A DNA stretch of 62,871 nt, counting the filler, from Pirum gemmata (Eukaryota): assembly GCA_002812295.1 (NCBI GenBank). It is 18 parts of 18 records of this genome, joined end to end, with 100 filler letters (N's around TTAATTAATTAA, not from the genome) between each part and the next. Parts side by side here need not be neighbours in the genome. Positions count along the whole stretch, not along the records: positions 10,818 to 15,743 come from PDIN01003687.1; positions 15,844 to 20,328 come from PDIN01003688.1; positions 20,429 to 23,481 come from PDIN01003689.1; 15 more parts are not named here. One strand, written 5' to 3'. This document shows, piece after piece, positions 11,044 through 23,060 of this stretch. The notes beneath the pieces were generated by a model, which searched no databases, was not told the DNA's origin, and saw only the letters and a list, made by a program, of their open reading frames with translations. Every line of letters begins with the position of its first letter. The stretch's first letter is position 1. The position numbers and the translations under genes were made by a program.

Positions 11044-13720
11044 CCGCAATCATCAGCAGCTGTGTAAGTTCTCTCCACACCATTTTTGTTATCTTTGTCC
11101 GAAACTTTAACCTCAAGGGCATCAGTACCATGACAAAATTTGGTAGCAAAATAACCAACAGCTTCTGGTAATTCAACTTCTTCGATGCTTGCAACAGTAA
11201 CGGTTTTTTCAATTTTGCGATCCCAAGTTGGCTTTCTTGCATGAACATTGTAGTGAATAAAAATTGGTTTACTAGCATCACAATCATCGTTATCAGCAGT
11301 GAATTTCCATGTAAAGGTATTAACACCGCACTCGGGGTGTTTTTCAGCACTGACATCTATTATAGTATAGTTACAATCTTTACAAGCGCTATCCCCAATT
11401 AATTCTGGCCAAATCATTTGATCTATAAAAGTTGTTTGCAATTTCGATTCATCAAAAAAATTATTTTCATCACCATAAGCTGTGCAAAACACATCGATTT
11501 TCGTATCATTTTTTTCCATAAATTCATCTTTGAATTCAAAATTTTCACAATAAGTAATGTTATCAAACTGAGTGTCCAGAGTGTAAATACCATTAGAATT
11601 TTTTCTCATTTTGGTGTAATTACTTAAAACAACTTGATCCACAACTGCATCTGTCATCTGTTTTATATCTGACTCACTGACCCCATTTTTCGGATTAAAG
11701 TAGATTTCAGTTGTAGCTTCATGCTGTTCACGATTAATAGAACCATCATTATTTAATGATGCACTAGTAGGCACTCTTAATCTAATGTTCATTGTTTCAT
11801 TATCGCCCGCTTTACCACCCAGTATATCAAAAGCAACACTATTTTCGCTGTTAACAATATCAGTGGGTAAGTTATTAAATATTTGTGTTTGCTCTTTTTG
11901 CTCTTGTTTTGCTTTTGCTATTATTTTTGCTTGTGTGGTTTGTTTTTTGACATTGTCATGTACTAAAGCCTTAGCATTAGCTATGCATTGTGCCACCATC
12001 ATGCTCAAAGTCATTCCTTTTGTCATTTTTTCCAATTTTTCAGATCCATACTTTTCGATTAATCTATCTGGTCCTTCACTTGCATAACTAACAATATCAC
12101 ACATTGGAACCATACCCTCTTTAACTTTTGGTAACTCATCAAGACTTGTGATGTCATCCATTTTATCAACGGTATTAATGTTTTCCAATGCTGCGACCAA
12201 GTTATCCAAAAACATTTGTTTAGGTACGTTATCACTAACACTTCTTCGTCTACCCCATAAGCCTCTAAACCCCTTCCAAGCTGCTGAAGCTTTCTCAGCA
12301 ACCCATTTACCACCTGATACAATTTTGCTCACCCCTGTTAAAGTTCTATTTTTCACCCAATCACTAACTTTTTCCCCCGTTTCAACAACGCCTTCTACAA
12401 CATCCTTTGCAAACCCAAGTGGGTTATGAAGGTATACGTAGAATTTTATGGCTAAACCAGCTGCTTTCAGTAAAGCTTTTGCAGCTGTTTTTAATCCTTC
12501 CATTGGATCCTTTCGAAAATCATTTAAAAAATTAGCTATGCCCTGACTTATCTTTTGTGCCACCTGAATAGCAGTTGTGTATGCATTATTAGCTACTTTT
12601 GCTAGAAAACTGCCTACAAATTTAAGAGCATTTTTTACTCCTTTCAAAACATCTTTCAAAGATGGTAAACTGGTTTCACATCCGAAATGTCTTGTAAAAG
12701 AGCTCGCAAACCCGGTTCTTTCTGGCAAATCATCTCCGATTGCAGCCCAGCATCTAAAATTCATAACACCACAAAAACTTAAAGAAGTAGCGATAAGAGC
12801 TCTCATACCGTCATCTTCTGTTGTTGCAGTATCCTTGTTAGTTATGGTTACTTCACCAGAAAAACTTGACATGAGAACCGGAAAAGGAAAGCCAAACAAA
12901 GGAGCAGTTAGAATAATAGTTGTGTCACCCATATAAGGATAATTGAGTTTCACTTCAAAAGGCTTGTAAAAGTTAACATAATTTTTGGCCATATATCCCA
13001 TTAACCCGAATCCTAATTGAGCTAACATTCCTGAGATTTTAAATGCTTCATCTAAAGTTTCTGTCAAGAAATCTCCTAAGCCTTCGATTGCCTCTTTCGT
13101 TGCAGTTTGGAAATCCCCAGTTGCTAACGCTTTAAATACGACTCCAGCATGGCCTACCAGGGCCACTAATCCCGCAGCAACAACAACTGCCGCAAGGTTA
13201 ACTATTAAAGAACATGCTATATGTGATTGACCAAGAGTTGCAGCAAGAACACCAGTCGCTGTTTCGATACCGAGACATGCCACTTCTCCTGCAATGGACA
13301 ACACTGCTTCAAATGACTGTCTCATACAGTCCCGACCAAAATCTTTACTTCGGTTATTTGGATTTCTAGTGCAAGCTTCTAAAACCATAGCAGGATTAAT
13401 AACAAAGTCCAAAATCCCAACTTTGCCCATTTTTGATAAAAGGCTACTAGTTTTTGTGAACCCTTCGGATAAAAGCTTTTTACTTCCTGTCTGAGCAACA
13501 CCATCTAGTTTACCAGCAACGGCAATAGTGCCTAGAAAAGCACCTGTTCCCACAATTATACCACCAGTAACATTTCCACTTACAACTTCTTCCCTTGCGT
13601 CAATATTTCTCCTTACCACCAAGTTAGAAGCATTTTCCTCTTTCTTTACTGCGTGGGTAATATTTGATTTGTTCATATCCATTTGAGATGCAAAAATAAT
13701 ATCTTCATAAGAATATGAAT
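11001..13720 (-). CDS. Large unknown protein, terminal exon (~905 aa): hydrophobic/amphipathic helical region, RRR site, Cys-containing C-terminal HYR-like beta repeats
   Basis: Within ORF 11001..13832, whose N-terminal poly-Ile is an (AAT)n intron artefact. Acceptor TTTTCACAG ends at 13721. Hydrophobic segments GGIIVGTGAFLGTIAVAG and LIVNLAAVVVAAGLVALVG, the site GLWGRRR|SV, and C-terminus RTYTAADDCGKTIAFTQTIII. Confidence 0.85.
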
Positions 13721-13775
13721 CTGTGAAAATATAATAAAGTAAACGTGAGTATAATAATACATAGATAACACTGTA

Positions 13776-13829
<54 letters not shown>

Positions 13830-13875
13830 CATTATTATTATTATTATTATTTATATGATGTATTACCAAGGGTCN

Positions 13876-13912
<37 letters not shown>

Positions 13913-13924
13913 ATTAAATTCAAA

Positions 13925-15321
13925 ATGAGTTTAAGTAAAACATTTAACACAGTGAATCTTAATAACAAGGATATGAAAGAATGGATAAGTTTACTGACTA
14001 AACGTACCAAGGAAGATAAAGTGGTATTAAGTAAAAAAGCTAAATTTTCATCTTCGGTATGGAAGGTTTTTTATTTTTTAGAAATCATTGAAGATGGGGC
14101 TAGTACTAGCACTAGTACTAGCACCAGTACTACTAGTACTATTACTACTGGCACTACTACAAGTACCGCCATTACTACACCTGCAACAACAACTACTACA
14201 GCAGTTTCCAATAGTATTACAACAGTTTCCAATAGTGCTACTAGTGCCCCTACTACTACTACTACTACTAGTGCTAATACTACTACTACGGCCACTACTA
14301 CTACCACTACAGTGACTACACCCAGTGTTAGCCGTTCATTTCAACGACCAATGAGCCATTATTTTGGTAACTCTAATACTACGATTACTACCACCACTGC
14401 CAGTATTAGTACACTAAGTACAGCCAGTCGTAGTGAATCTACTAGTGATTCTAGCGAAAGTATTGCACCTGGTGGTCCTGGTCCTAATGTTGTTGGTGTT
14501 ATTAAACATTTAGTGATATGCACAAAGTGTGCTACAATACTAAGAACTCCAGGTCAATCTAGGAAAGAAACTGGAAAGCATATTGGAATCCTGCTGAGGT
14601 TAATAATGATGGTAATGATGATAATAGTGAATCTGATTCAGTGGAAAATAATATTTTTGATTGTAAAAGACGTGCAGATACTGCAACACCTGTGTATAAA
14701 CCAAAGAGATTCCAATTTACGCAGTACATAGTGGAAAATGAAAGTGACAATTCTGAAGAGGAAGAGGAAGAATTTTCAACTGAAAGAATAGTTCAAGCTG
14801 AATTGGAGAAATTTGAAAATCTCAGGAAGGGTTTTAAGCCAAAACAGACCGAAACAGCTGGCTTAAACTTTGATATTGCTGCATGGTGGAAGGATAATGT
14901 TAACAAATTCCCCATTCTTGCTGCATGTGCCTTTAGATTACTTTCCGTTCCAGCCTCTGGTGCACCAGCTGAGAGAGTTAATTCTAAATTAGAGTTCCTT
15001 AGCCGTGGAAACAAGAGTCGCATTGATTCTACTACGTTAAGCAATAGAGTTGTAATGTCCATGCATTCAAGAAATGTACTTATGGATCATTTTCTTTCGT
15101 CATAATGACACTATGACGTATATATGAATTGCTTATTACGCAATTATTGTAATTTACCTTTTATTTATCAAAAAAAAAGGCAAATAATAAAAGTCAAAAA
15201 AATTACTTCAAAAAAGTCGGTCGATTTCGGGGGGGTAAAATCAAAGTCGGTCGGGGTTGAAAAGTGGTCGGTCGGTTTCGGTCGGGAAAAAATCCAAAAA
15301 TAGTCGGATTTGACAACCCTG
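13925..15321 (+). mobile_element. Internally deleted (non-autonomous) hAT DNA transposon; left end not assembled
   Basis: BED-finger-like SSVWKVF...ICTKCATIL (ORF 13925) is joined out of frame near 14560 to a hAT dimerisation domain DIAAWWKDNVNKFPILAACAFRLLSVPASGAPAERVNS (ORF ends 15105). GTCGG subterminal repeats lie at 15217-15307, and the terminus reads CAGGGTTGTCAAATCCGAC on the minus strand. Confidence 0.85.
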
Positions 15322-15843
15322 GTGTGGGGTGCTGTTCAAATAATACGTCACGTCAAGGGGTAGGTAGGTAGGTAGTATTTGACCAGAAATTGACGCCGAG
15401 GGGTAGGTAAGTAGGGGTATTTGAAGCTGTATTTGACTGGAAGTTGGCGTTACGTTACCTGTGCTACTTTTTAAAAAAGTAATACCTGTGTAACAGTGGC
15501 ACAGTGCAATGAGTGCATTGAGTGCAACAGCTGTGGCCCTTTGAGAGTTAGATAGAGTAACGTTAGATAACCGGTAAAGGAAAAAATCCTGGGAAAATCT
15601 GTGATATTGACCAAATTAGTCCAGTGTACCACTAGCTAGTACAGCTATATTTTGTCACTCCGAATATTTATTTGGTGGTTTATAATATTTAAATTGATAC
15701 TTTTAAATAAATAAATATATAATAAAATATACCAAATTAAATTNNNNNNNNNNNNNNNNNNNNNNNNNNNNNNNNNNNNNNNNNNNNTTAATTAATTAAN
15801 NNNNNNNNNNNNNNNNNNNNNNNNNNNNNNNNNNNNNNNNNNN

Positions 15844-15927
15844 AATAACACCAATACCAACAACAGCACCAACACCAACAGTAACAACACCAAAAGCAAC
15901 ACCAGCAACACCAACATCACCAACAGC

Positions 15928-15985
<58 letters not shown>

Positions 15986-16429
15986 GCGGCAGCAGTAGCA
16001 GCAGCAACAACAATTCAATTATATAAGAATAGAACAATAGAAACAGCACACAAACAATATAACAACAATTCAATTATATAAGAATAGAACAATAGAAACA
16101 GCACACAAACAATATAACAAAATCAACAATAAAACAATACAAAAAATACAAAAAAATAAAAGAAAAGAAAAGAAAAGAAACGAAAAGAAAATAAAATAAA
16201 GTAAAACCTTCAAGAGATTTCAATAGTATTAAAAAATATTGATCATTTCTTATTTGAGACTGTAAAAGAGAGCGAGGTATACTAAAACTAAAAGAACTTT
16301 CTACCATTTCTTCTTTGATTATGTTAACAGGTATATGCACATCATTGTTGTTGTTGTTGTTGTTGCTGTTGTTGTCGTTGGTAGCGGTGTAGTTGTTGTT
16401 GTTCTCGTTGTCGTTGTTGTTGTTGTTGC

Positions 16430-16472
<43 letters not shown>

Positions 16473-17030
16473 ATTGTTGTTGTTGTTGTTGTTGTGGTTG
16501 TGGTTGTGGTTGTGGTTGTGGTTGTTGTGGTTGTTGTGGTTGTTGTGGTTGTGGTCGTGGTTGTTATAGTTGTTGTGGTTGTTATGGTTGTTATGGTTGT
16601 TATGGTTGTTATGGTTGTTATGGTTGTTAAGGTTGTTGTGGTTGGTTTGAGGTTGTGGTTGGTAGTTGTTGTTGTGGTCGTGGTTGTTGTTGCTGTGGTT
16701 ATTGTTATTGTTATTATTGTTGTTGCTGTGGTCGTGGTCGTGGTCGTGGTCGTGGTTGTTGTGGTTGTGATTGTGGTTGTGGTTGTGGGTGTGGGTGTGG
16801 GTGTGGTTGTGGGTGTGGGTGTGGTTGCGGCTGTGGTTGCGGCTGTTGTTTGTGGTTGTTGTGGTTGTAGTTTTGGTTGCGGTTGTTGTGGTTGTGGTTG
16901 CTGTGGGTGTGATGGTTGTTGTGGTTGTGGTTGTGGCTGGTGTTGTTGTTGTGGTTGTGGTTATGGTTATGGTTATTGTGGTTGTGGTTATGCTTATTGT
17001 GGTTGTGGTTGTGGTTGTTGTTGTTGTTTT
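15844..17030. repeat. (CAA)n, (GTT)n and (GTGGTT)n microsatellite fields, with a 55-bp tandem duplication at ~16010-16120
   Basis: Direct reading. These fields explain the poly-L/V/C ORFs in the track. Confidence 0.9.
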
Positions 17031-17063
17031 ACTCTAAACCCTGACCATAAAAACACAAAAAAG

Positions 17064-17197
17064 GTATCCACTCCCACTATTACGTTTTCAGGTTGGTATG
17101 ACATTTTTGTGGATGCTTCGATTGAAGCATTTAATGGTATACGAGCGCAAAGCAAAAATAAACATTACATTGTCATTGGGCCTAATGGCCATTGTTG
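17064..17197 (+). CDS. Internal exon of a CocE/NonD (peptidase S15) family hydrolase
   Basis: VSTPTITFSGWYDIFVDASIEAFNGIR...HYIVIGPNGHC carries the GWYD (catalytic Asp) and GPxxH (catalytic His) motifs, bounded by AAG| and |GT. Confidence 0.7.
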
Positions 17198-17259
17198 GTT
17201 ANNNNNNNNNNNNNNNNNNNNNNNNNNNNNNNTATTATTATTATTATTATTATGTAAAT

Positions 17260-17580
17260 TATGACGTAATATTATTAATTTATGACGTAAAATAAATAAA
17301 CTTATGATGTAAAATATATTTATGACATAATCCATTTATGATGTAAAATAGTACTATAATGACGTACTATATAATATTTTTTAACTAATCATTGTATTGA
17401 TATATTATTATAATAAAGTCATTAATGTTTTACGAATCGTTGTATTGATATATAAAAAAGTCAGGGATTTTAATACTTTTTAACTAATCCTTGTAATGAT
17501 ATATAAAAAAGTCAGGGATAATAATAATTTTTAACTAATCGTTGTATTGATATATAAAAAAGTCAGGAAAAGTCAGGGGT
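17260..17580. repeat. Short tandem arrays: TTATGACGTAA units, then ~55-60-bp TTTTTAACTAATCGTTGTATTGATATATAAAAAAGTCAGGGA units
   Basis: About 4-6 imperfect copies of each are visible. Confidence 0.7.
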
Positions 17581-18601
17581 TGTTCAATACGTTTTCAATA
17601 TCACTTTTAATTATCCTTTTTTAGCCTTTATCATTGGTCAAATTTTAAATTTAAGACCACAAAAAAATATTATTGGAATAACTGCTGGATAGTGCAATTA
17701 CCTTATTTTGCCAACCTCATTTCTCATTTCTTCTACCTACCCCCCCTCCGTGCTAGCTAGCCCTATACTTTAGTATGGGAGAGGGGGTAACTTATGCCTG
17801 AGGTTAAATATACCTTATATACCCTCACCTATTCGTACCATCTGACAAATTGTTGTTTATGTTGACGTCATACGTATTTGTTACTACACATAAATGGGTG
17901 TTCCTTTCGATCATTATCTCATTACTTTCATTTATAATAATTAATCAATTAGTGTTGGTTACTTTTATTTTTTTCTTAAAATGTAAAAAAAGAAAAAATA
18001 GAATATACACCCTTGTCAGGGTTATTGACTGTTATAATTGAAGAACGAGATGGTATCTAATTACGAATGGACGTAAATAAGTTTTTTATTGAAACATTCG
18101 ATTTTTGAAACTGAAAAAAAAAAAAAAAAAATACCTTTCTGTACTGTATCATACTTGAAAAAAAAAGTGACCCTACTTTTTGTGTGGTTCTTTTTTTTTT
18201 TTTTGTTCTAAATATTGTGAACAAAAACCTTTTATAAGAAAATGTTAAACTAAGTTAAGGCATAAATTTAACATGTTACAAATTTAGTATATTTTTTTAT
18301 TTTTTGTGTGGACTTTTTTTTTTTTTTTGAAAAAAAAACTTAAATTAATAAAAAATCTAAGTAAATATAAAGACTAATTTAAGTCACGAATCTTACTATA
18401 GTTACAAATACAGTCTATTGTTGATTGATTGTACGGGTAAGACAAAAACTTTTGAAAATAAAAGCAAAAATCCCAGCTTCTATGTGAAAAGAAGAACATC
18501 AATGTTTTATTACTTCAAACGAAGAAACAACTACGCGTTCATAGATAAGTTATAAATGCATTTATACAGTTTTGTGACAAAAGTTATAATGCCTATTAAT
18601 G

Positions 18602-20142
18602 TTAACGTAAATGCAAATTTCCTTTCTCTGCTTCAACAAGGGCATGATATGTGGTTTTCAACACCATTTTATTGTGAAGAACGTTAACGTACAAACTATT
18701 AGGCCCGTTGCCACAGCTAGCTTTCCTAAAACACGACAACATAACCAGTAATTTGTGATAAGCGACATTTTTACTCAAACAATTATTTATGGCTCTCTGC
18801 CTTTCGTTTTTAATGTCATTAACACCCCAAAGAATCCTATCAGTTTTATTTGCAATGACAATTGATTTATTGAAAATTTGTATAGAAAAAATAAAAATAA
18901 TGGGAATAAGAAGAAGTAAAGTATAAGAATAATGATATGAATAAGTATATGAATCAGAACAAGAACAAGAACAATAGAAAAAGAACAAGAACACCAGAAC
19001 AAGAACAAGAACAAGAACAAGAACAAGAACAAGAACAAGAACAAGAACAAGAACAATAATAAGAATAAGAATAAGAATAAGAATAAGAATAAGAATAAGA
19101 ATAAGAATCAGAATCAGAATCAGAATCAGAATCAGAATCAGAATCAGAATCACAATCACAATCAGCATCAGCATCAGCATCAGAATAAGAATAGGAATAA
19201 GAAATAACAAAAAAGAATAAGAGTGAAAACTACATAATAAAACTGTAATAATAAATAACCTGAATTTTAACAAGGTTTTATTTACCGTGAGCATCTTCAA
19301 AACAGCGTCCAATTTACAGAGGTCCAATTCATCTAGTCCGGAGTCTTCGTATCCGTCGATCTCTTTTTGAGGTTATATTAGCAGGGGACAAGTAATAATG
19401 ATGTTCAGGATTTAGGTATTTAAAGAGTTAACAGAGGTTTTAGGACTTCTATACGTTAATAGTTGTGAGGATTTTAGAGTTTACGTTTATGGTTTTACAA
19501 GGTTAGGGTAGTAGGATGTTAGGGTGACAGGATGTTAAGGCGGTAGGATATTAAGGAGGTAGGATGTTAGCGTAGTAGGGTGTTAGGGTGAAAGGATGTT
19601 AGGGTGGTAAAAGTTGTGGACTTGAAGACTTTAGGTTACATGTATTAAGAAGATTTAGAGGCTTAGGGTGCTTAAGTTTCGGGGTTGGAAGGAGGGTGAG
19701 GCGGTTCGACGTTTGGAGGTTTTAAGGTTAGGGCTAGGGTTAGGGTTAGAAATAATGTTATGTTATGCAGTTTTGCGATTTAGGGTTTGAGACTGAAGAG
19801 ACAAAGAAACGATTCACCAAATTCAAAACTAACCTGTTGAGAAATCATTTCCAGTACCATGTAAGCTAGTTAAAAGAACACAATGTATAGCAAAATAAAC
19901 CAAAATAAATAATTTTCATAAATTTACAACCGAACAAAACACCGAACACTTTGGGTAAATATAGGATAGGAAACTTTAGGCAAGATTATTTTGATGTGCT
20001 TAGATTTACATGGCTATTAGGGGTTACAACTAGGATAAAATATTCAGATTACTTAATAATACGAAGTGAGGTATTCTGCTTCAAGAACTTCATTAACTGC
20101 AAAAAATATTTCTCTTGTGTGAACCCTTCGTTGTCGGACAGA
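18602..20142 (-). CDS. RNI-like leucine-rich-repeat protein, last four exons (20142-20053, 19865-19834, 19362-19260, 18836-18602), 5'-partial
   Basis: GT-AG junctions with consistent phases splice to LSDNEGFTQEKYFLQLMKFLKQNTSLRIINLHGTGNDFSTEIDGYEDSGLDELDLCKLDAVLKMLTVNKTLLKFRILWGVND...; the LxxNxSL/LxxNxTL motifs are typical of RNI-like LRRs. Confidence 0.7.
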
Positions 20143-20736
20143 CTGAAAATGATGAAGTAATATTAATGGTTAATCAGATATTATTGTACACCAACCAATA
20201 CCAATAATAACAAAACGAAACTAGATATTAATTGTAATGATAATAATATTAATAATAATTATAATTACAATCACAATCACAATTACAAATACAAATACAA
20301 ATACAAATATTAATAATAATAATAATAANNNNNNNNNNNNNNNNNNNNNNNNNNNNNNNNNNNNNNNNNNNNTTAATTAATTAANNNNNNNNNNNNNNNN
20401 NNNNNNNNNNNNNNNNNNNNNNNNNNNNAAACAGACCAAACAGACCAGAAATTCTGCTCGGCAGAAATCGAGCTTTTCGGGGCAGAAGGCAGAAGCAGAA
20501 AGTCGAGTTTTATGGGCAGAATTCGGAGAAGTTCTACTACCAAGTCGGATAAAAATGGCTACATCCGCCATATGAGCTCAAAAATCAAAAAAAATCTCGA
20601 AATGATCCAATTTTAATGCAAGTACTACCAAATTGTGAGGGATAGTTTAACTGAGAAAACGCTATTAATGGACAAATTGCTAATTTTTAAAAATAATTTG
20701 GCTAGTTATAATTTTAAAGGTGGAAAAGAAGCTTGG

Positions 20737-20800
<64 letters not shown>

Positions 20801-22020
20801 GATAATTAAAAAATATAACTTTTTTTTTTAAAAAAAAATTAATTAACTAGTCCATGAATGGTGACATACTGATTCATAATATTTTCATACAGATTCATAC
20901 TATGATATCATAGCCAAATGAGGAGGGTGAGGGTAAGGGTAGAGTTAAAGAGTAAGGGTGAAGGTGAGGGTGGTGAGGGTGAGAAGGAGGGTGAGGGTTA
21001 GGTCCAAGAGTGTAGTGAGAGAGAGAGAGAGAGAGTGAAGGTGAAGGTCACGAGGTGGGGTGAGGGTATATTATGTATATAGAATATTAGTTATGATCGA
21101 TTATGATATTAGACTATGTTGCTATATTATAATATGTAATATAAGGATATCAAATTCGCTATTAGCATTGCATAGCCTAGCCATAAGTCTTTTGATCACG
21201 CTGGTATAATATATATAATTATATATAGCAGTTGAGATGGGTGATACACTTTCAATTTCTTCTTCTTCTTCTTCTTCTTCTTCTTCTTCTTCTTCTTCTT
21301 CTGTTGTATTAATAAAATTCATACATACATCTTTTAATACTTTTAATTCATCCTTTTGTTTATAATTCAACTAAAAAACTGTTTTTATACCTTTTAAAAT
21401 GTTTTAAATATTCATCATCAAAAACAAATGGATCGTACAACCCCAGAGAATCCCCTGATGATTTTAGGCTGATTTTTGCAGCACTTGGTTGATTTAACAT
21501 GTACGCGTGTTTACACTCTAATTTCTAGAGACTGCTAAATATAAACTATATTATAATATTATTATTGTTATTATTGTTGTTGTTATTGTTGTTGATGTTG
21601 TTGTCAACGTTGTTGTTGTTGTCAACGTTGTTGTTGTCAACGTTGTTGTTAACGTTGTACTACGTTGTTGTTGTTGTTTTAATATAAACGTTGTTGTTGT
21701 TGTTGTTGTTGTTGTTGTTCTTGCTGCTGCTGTTGTTGTTGTTGTTTTAATTGTTGTTGCTAACGTTATTATAGTGTTATTGTTGTCGCTATCATACTCT
21801 ATTAATATTATAATATGATACTATAATATTATAGAAAACAAAAAAATAGGCTAAAACGATGACTACTTCCTAAAATGGTGAAAACTGATAACAAACAAAG
21901 AAAATTAGCCAACCCGGGGGCTCGGATTCCCTTTAGAACTTGGAGAGAATTAGAACTTGTCTGAACTAACCTTAGGCAGCCCTTTAGGGGGGGAATGTCC
22001 CCGTTTTATTTATTTTTTTT

Positions 22021-22200
22021 ATCGTGCTTTTCATTTATTTTGTCACTCCGAATACTTATTGGGTTGTTTATAATATTTAAATTGATACTTTTAAATAAAT
22101 AAATATATAATAAAATATACCAAATTAAATGAAATGGATTTATATTGTATTAACTATTTATTGTTTATTTTATGATGACAAAACAAATGAAAAGCACTAG
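22021..22200. mobile_element. MITE family D (~175 bp; TIR (ATC)GTGCTTTTCA...TGAAAAGCAC(GAT)). About 10 copies or fragments: 10443-10530, 15650-15743, 22347-22525, 27000-27133, 32295-32460, 38133-38318, 40330-40441, 42571-42830, 49190-49256
   Basis: Inverted termini GTGCTTTTCATTTATTTTGTCA / TGACAAAACAAATGAAAAGCAC and a conserved core TATACCAAATTAAATGAAATGGATTTATATTG in many scaffolds. Confidence 0.85.
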
Positions 22201-22899
22201 ACTATATAATATTATAAATAAAAAAGAAACCCTAGAAAGACTGGGACACTATGCCCAAACACTCCCAAACCTCAAATCTTGAATTGAATGTTGTAAGTGT
22301 ACTTGAGTGTTGTAAGTATATATAGTTGAATGTCGTAAGTAATATTATGCTTTTCATTTATTTTTTCACTCCATGTTGGTTATGATATTTAAATTTTGAC
22401 TTTTTTAAATAAATGAATAAATAGATAATAAAATATATCAAACTAAATGAAATGGATTTATATTGTAGTAATTGGATACTCTTTTTTGTATATTTTATGA
22501 TAACAAGACAACTGAAAAGCACGATAGCTAGTGTAATTGAATGTATGTTGTAATATTAATAATTGATCGGATGTTGTAAGTGTAATAAATAATTGAATTA
22601 ATGATTGATTGTATGTTGTAAGTATATTGATTGCAATATAATAAACAATAATAACTGCCTATTACTAAAATTCCAAAAAACAAAAACAAAAACAATAACA
22701 AAAACAAAAACAAAAACAAAAAACAAAAACAAAAACAAAAAAAAAAAAAACATCTTGTTGAGTTTGTATATATTATTGATATTTATTGCCCTTTATTGAT
22801 TGTATCAAAAAAAATCTTGATTATAATACATCTACGAGATAGAAAGTGGGAAAGGAGAAAAAAAGTAAAAAAAGTAAAAAAAATTTAAAGTAATGATAA

Positions 22900-23060
22900 A
22901 AAAATAGCAAAAAAATGATCATAAGTAAATCTCGTTTTTTAATTAATAGTCTAATAATATCGTGTTTTTCAATAGATAATAATAAAAAAATAGCAAAAAA
23001 ATGATCATAAGTAAATCTCGTTTTTTAATAGACTAATAATATCGTGTTTTTCAATAGACT
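22900..23060. repeat. ~85-bp tandem duplication
   Basis: AAAAAATAGCAAAAAAATGATCATAAGTAAATCTCGTTTTTTAA...ATATCGTGTTTTTCAATAGA occurs twice. Confidence 0.85.

Noticed and set aside
13721..13832. Poly-Ile N-terminus as a signal or TM segment
   Set aside because: It derives from an (AAT)n microsatellite upstream of a clear acceptor site.
16335..17030. Poly-Val/Cys-Gly metallothionein-like ORF
   Set aside because: It is a translation of GTT/GTGGTT microsatellites; only 17064-17197 looks coding.
21122..21535. Minus-strand coding-like stretch with poly-Glu
   Set aside because: It is broken by a stop/frameshift with no recognisable family; it may be a decayed exon.
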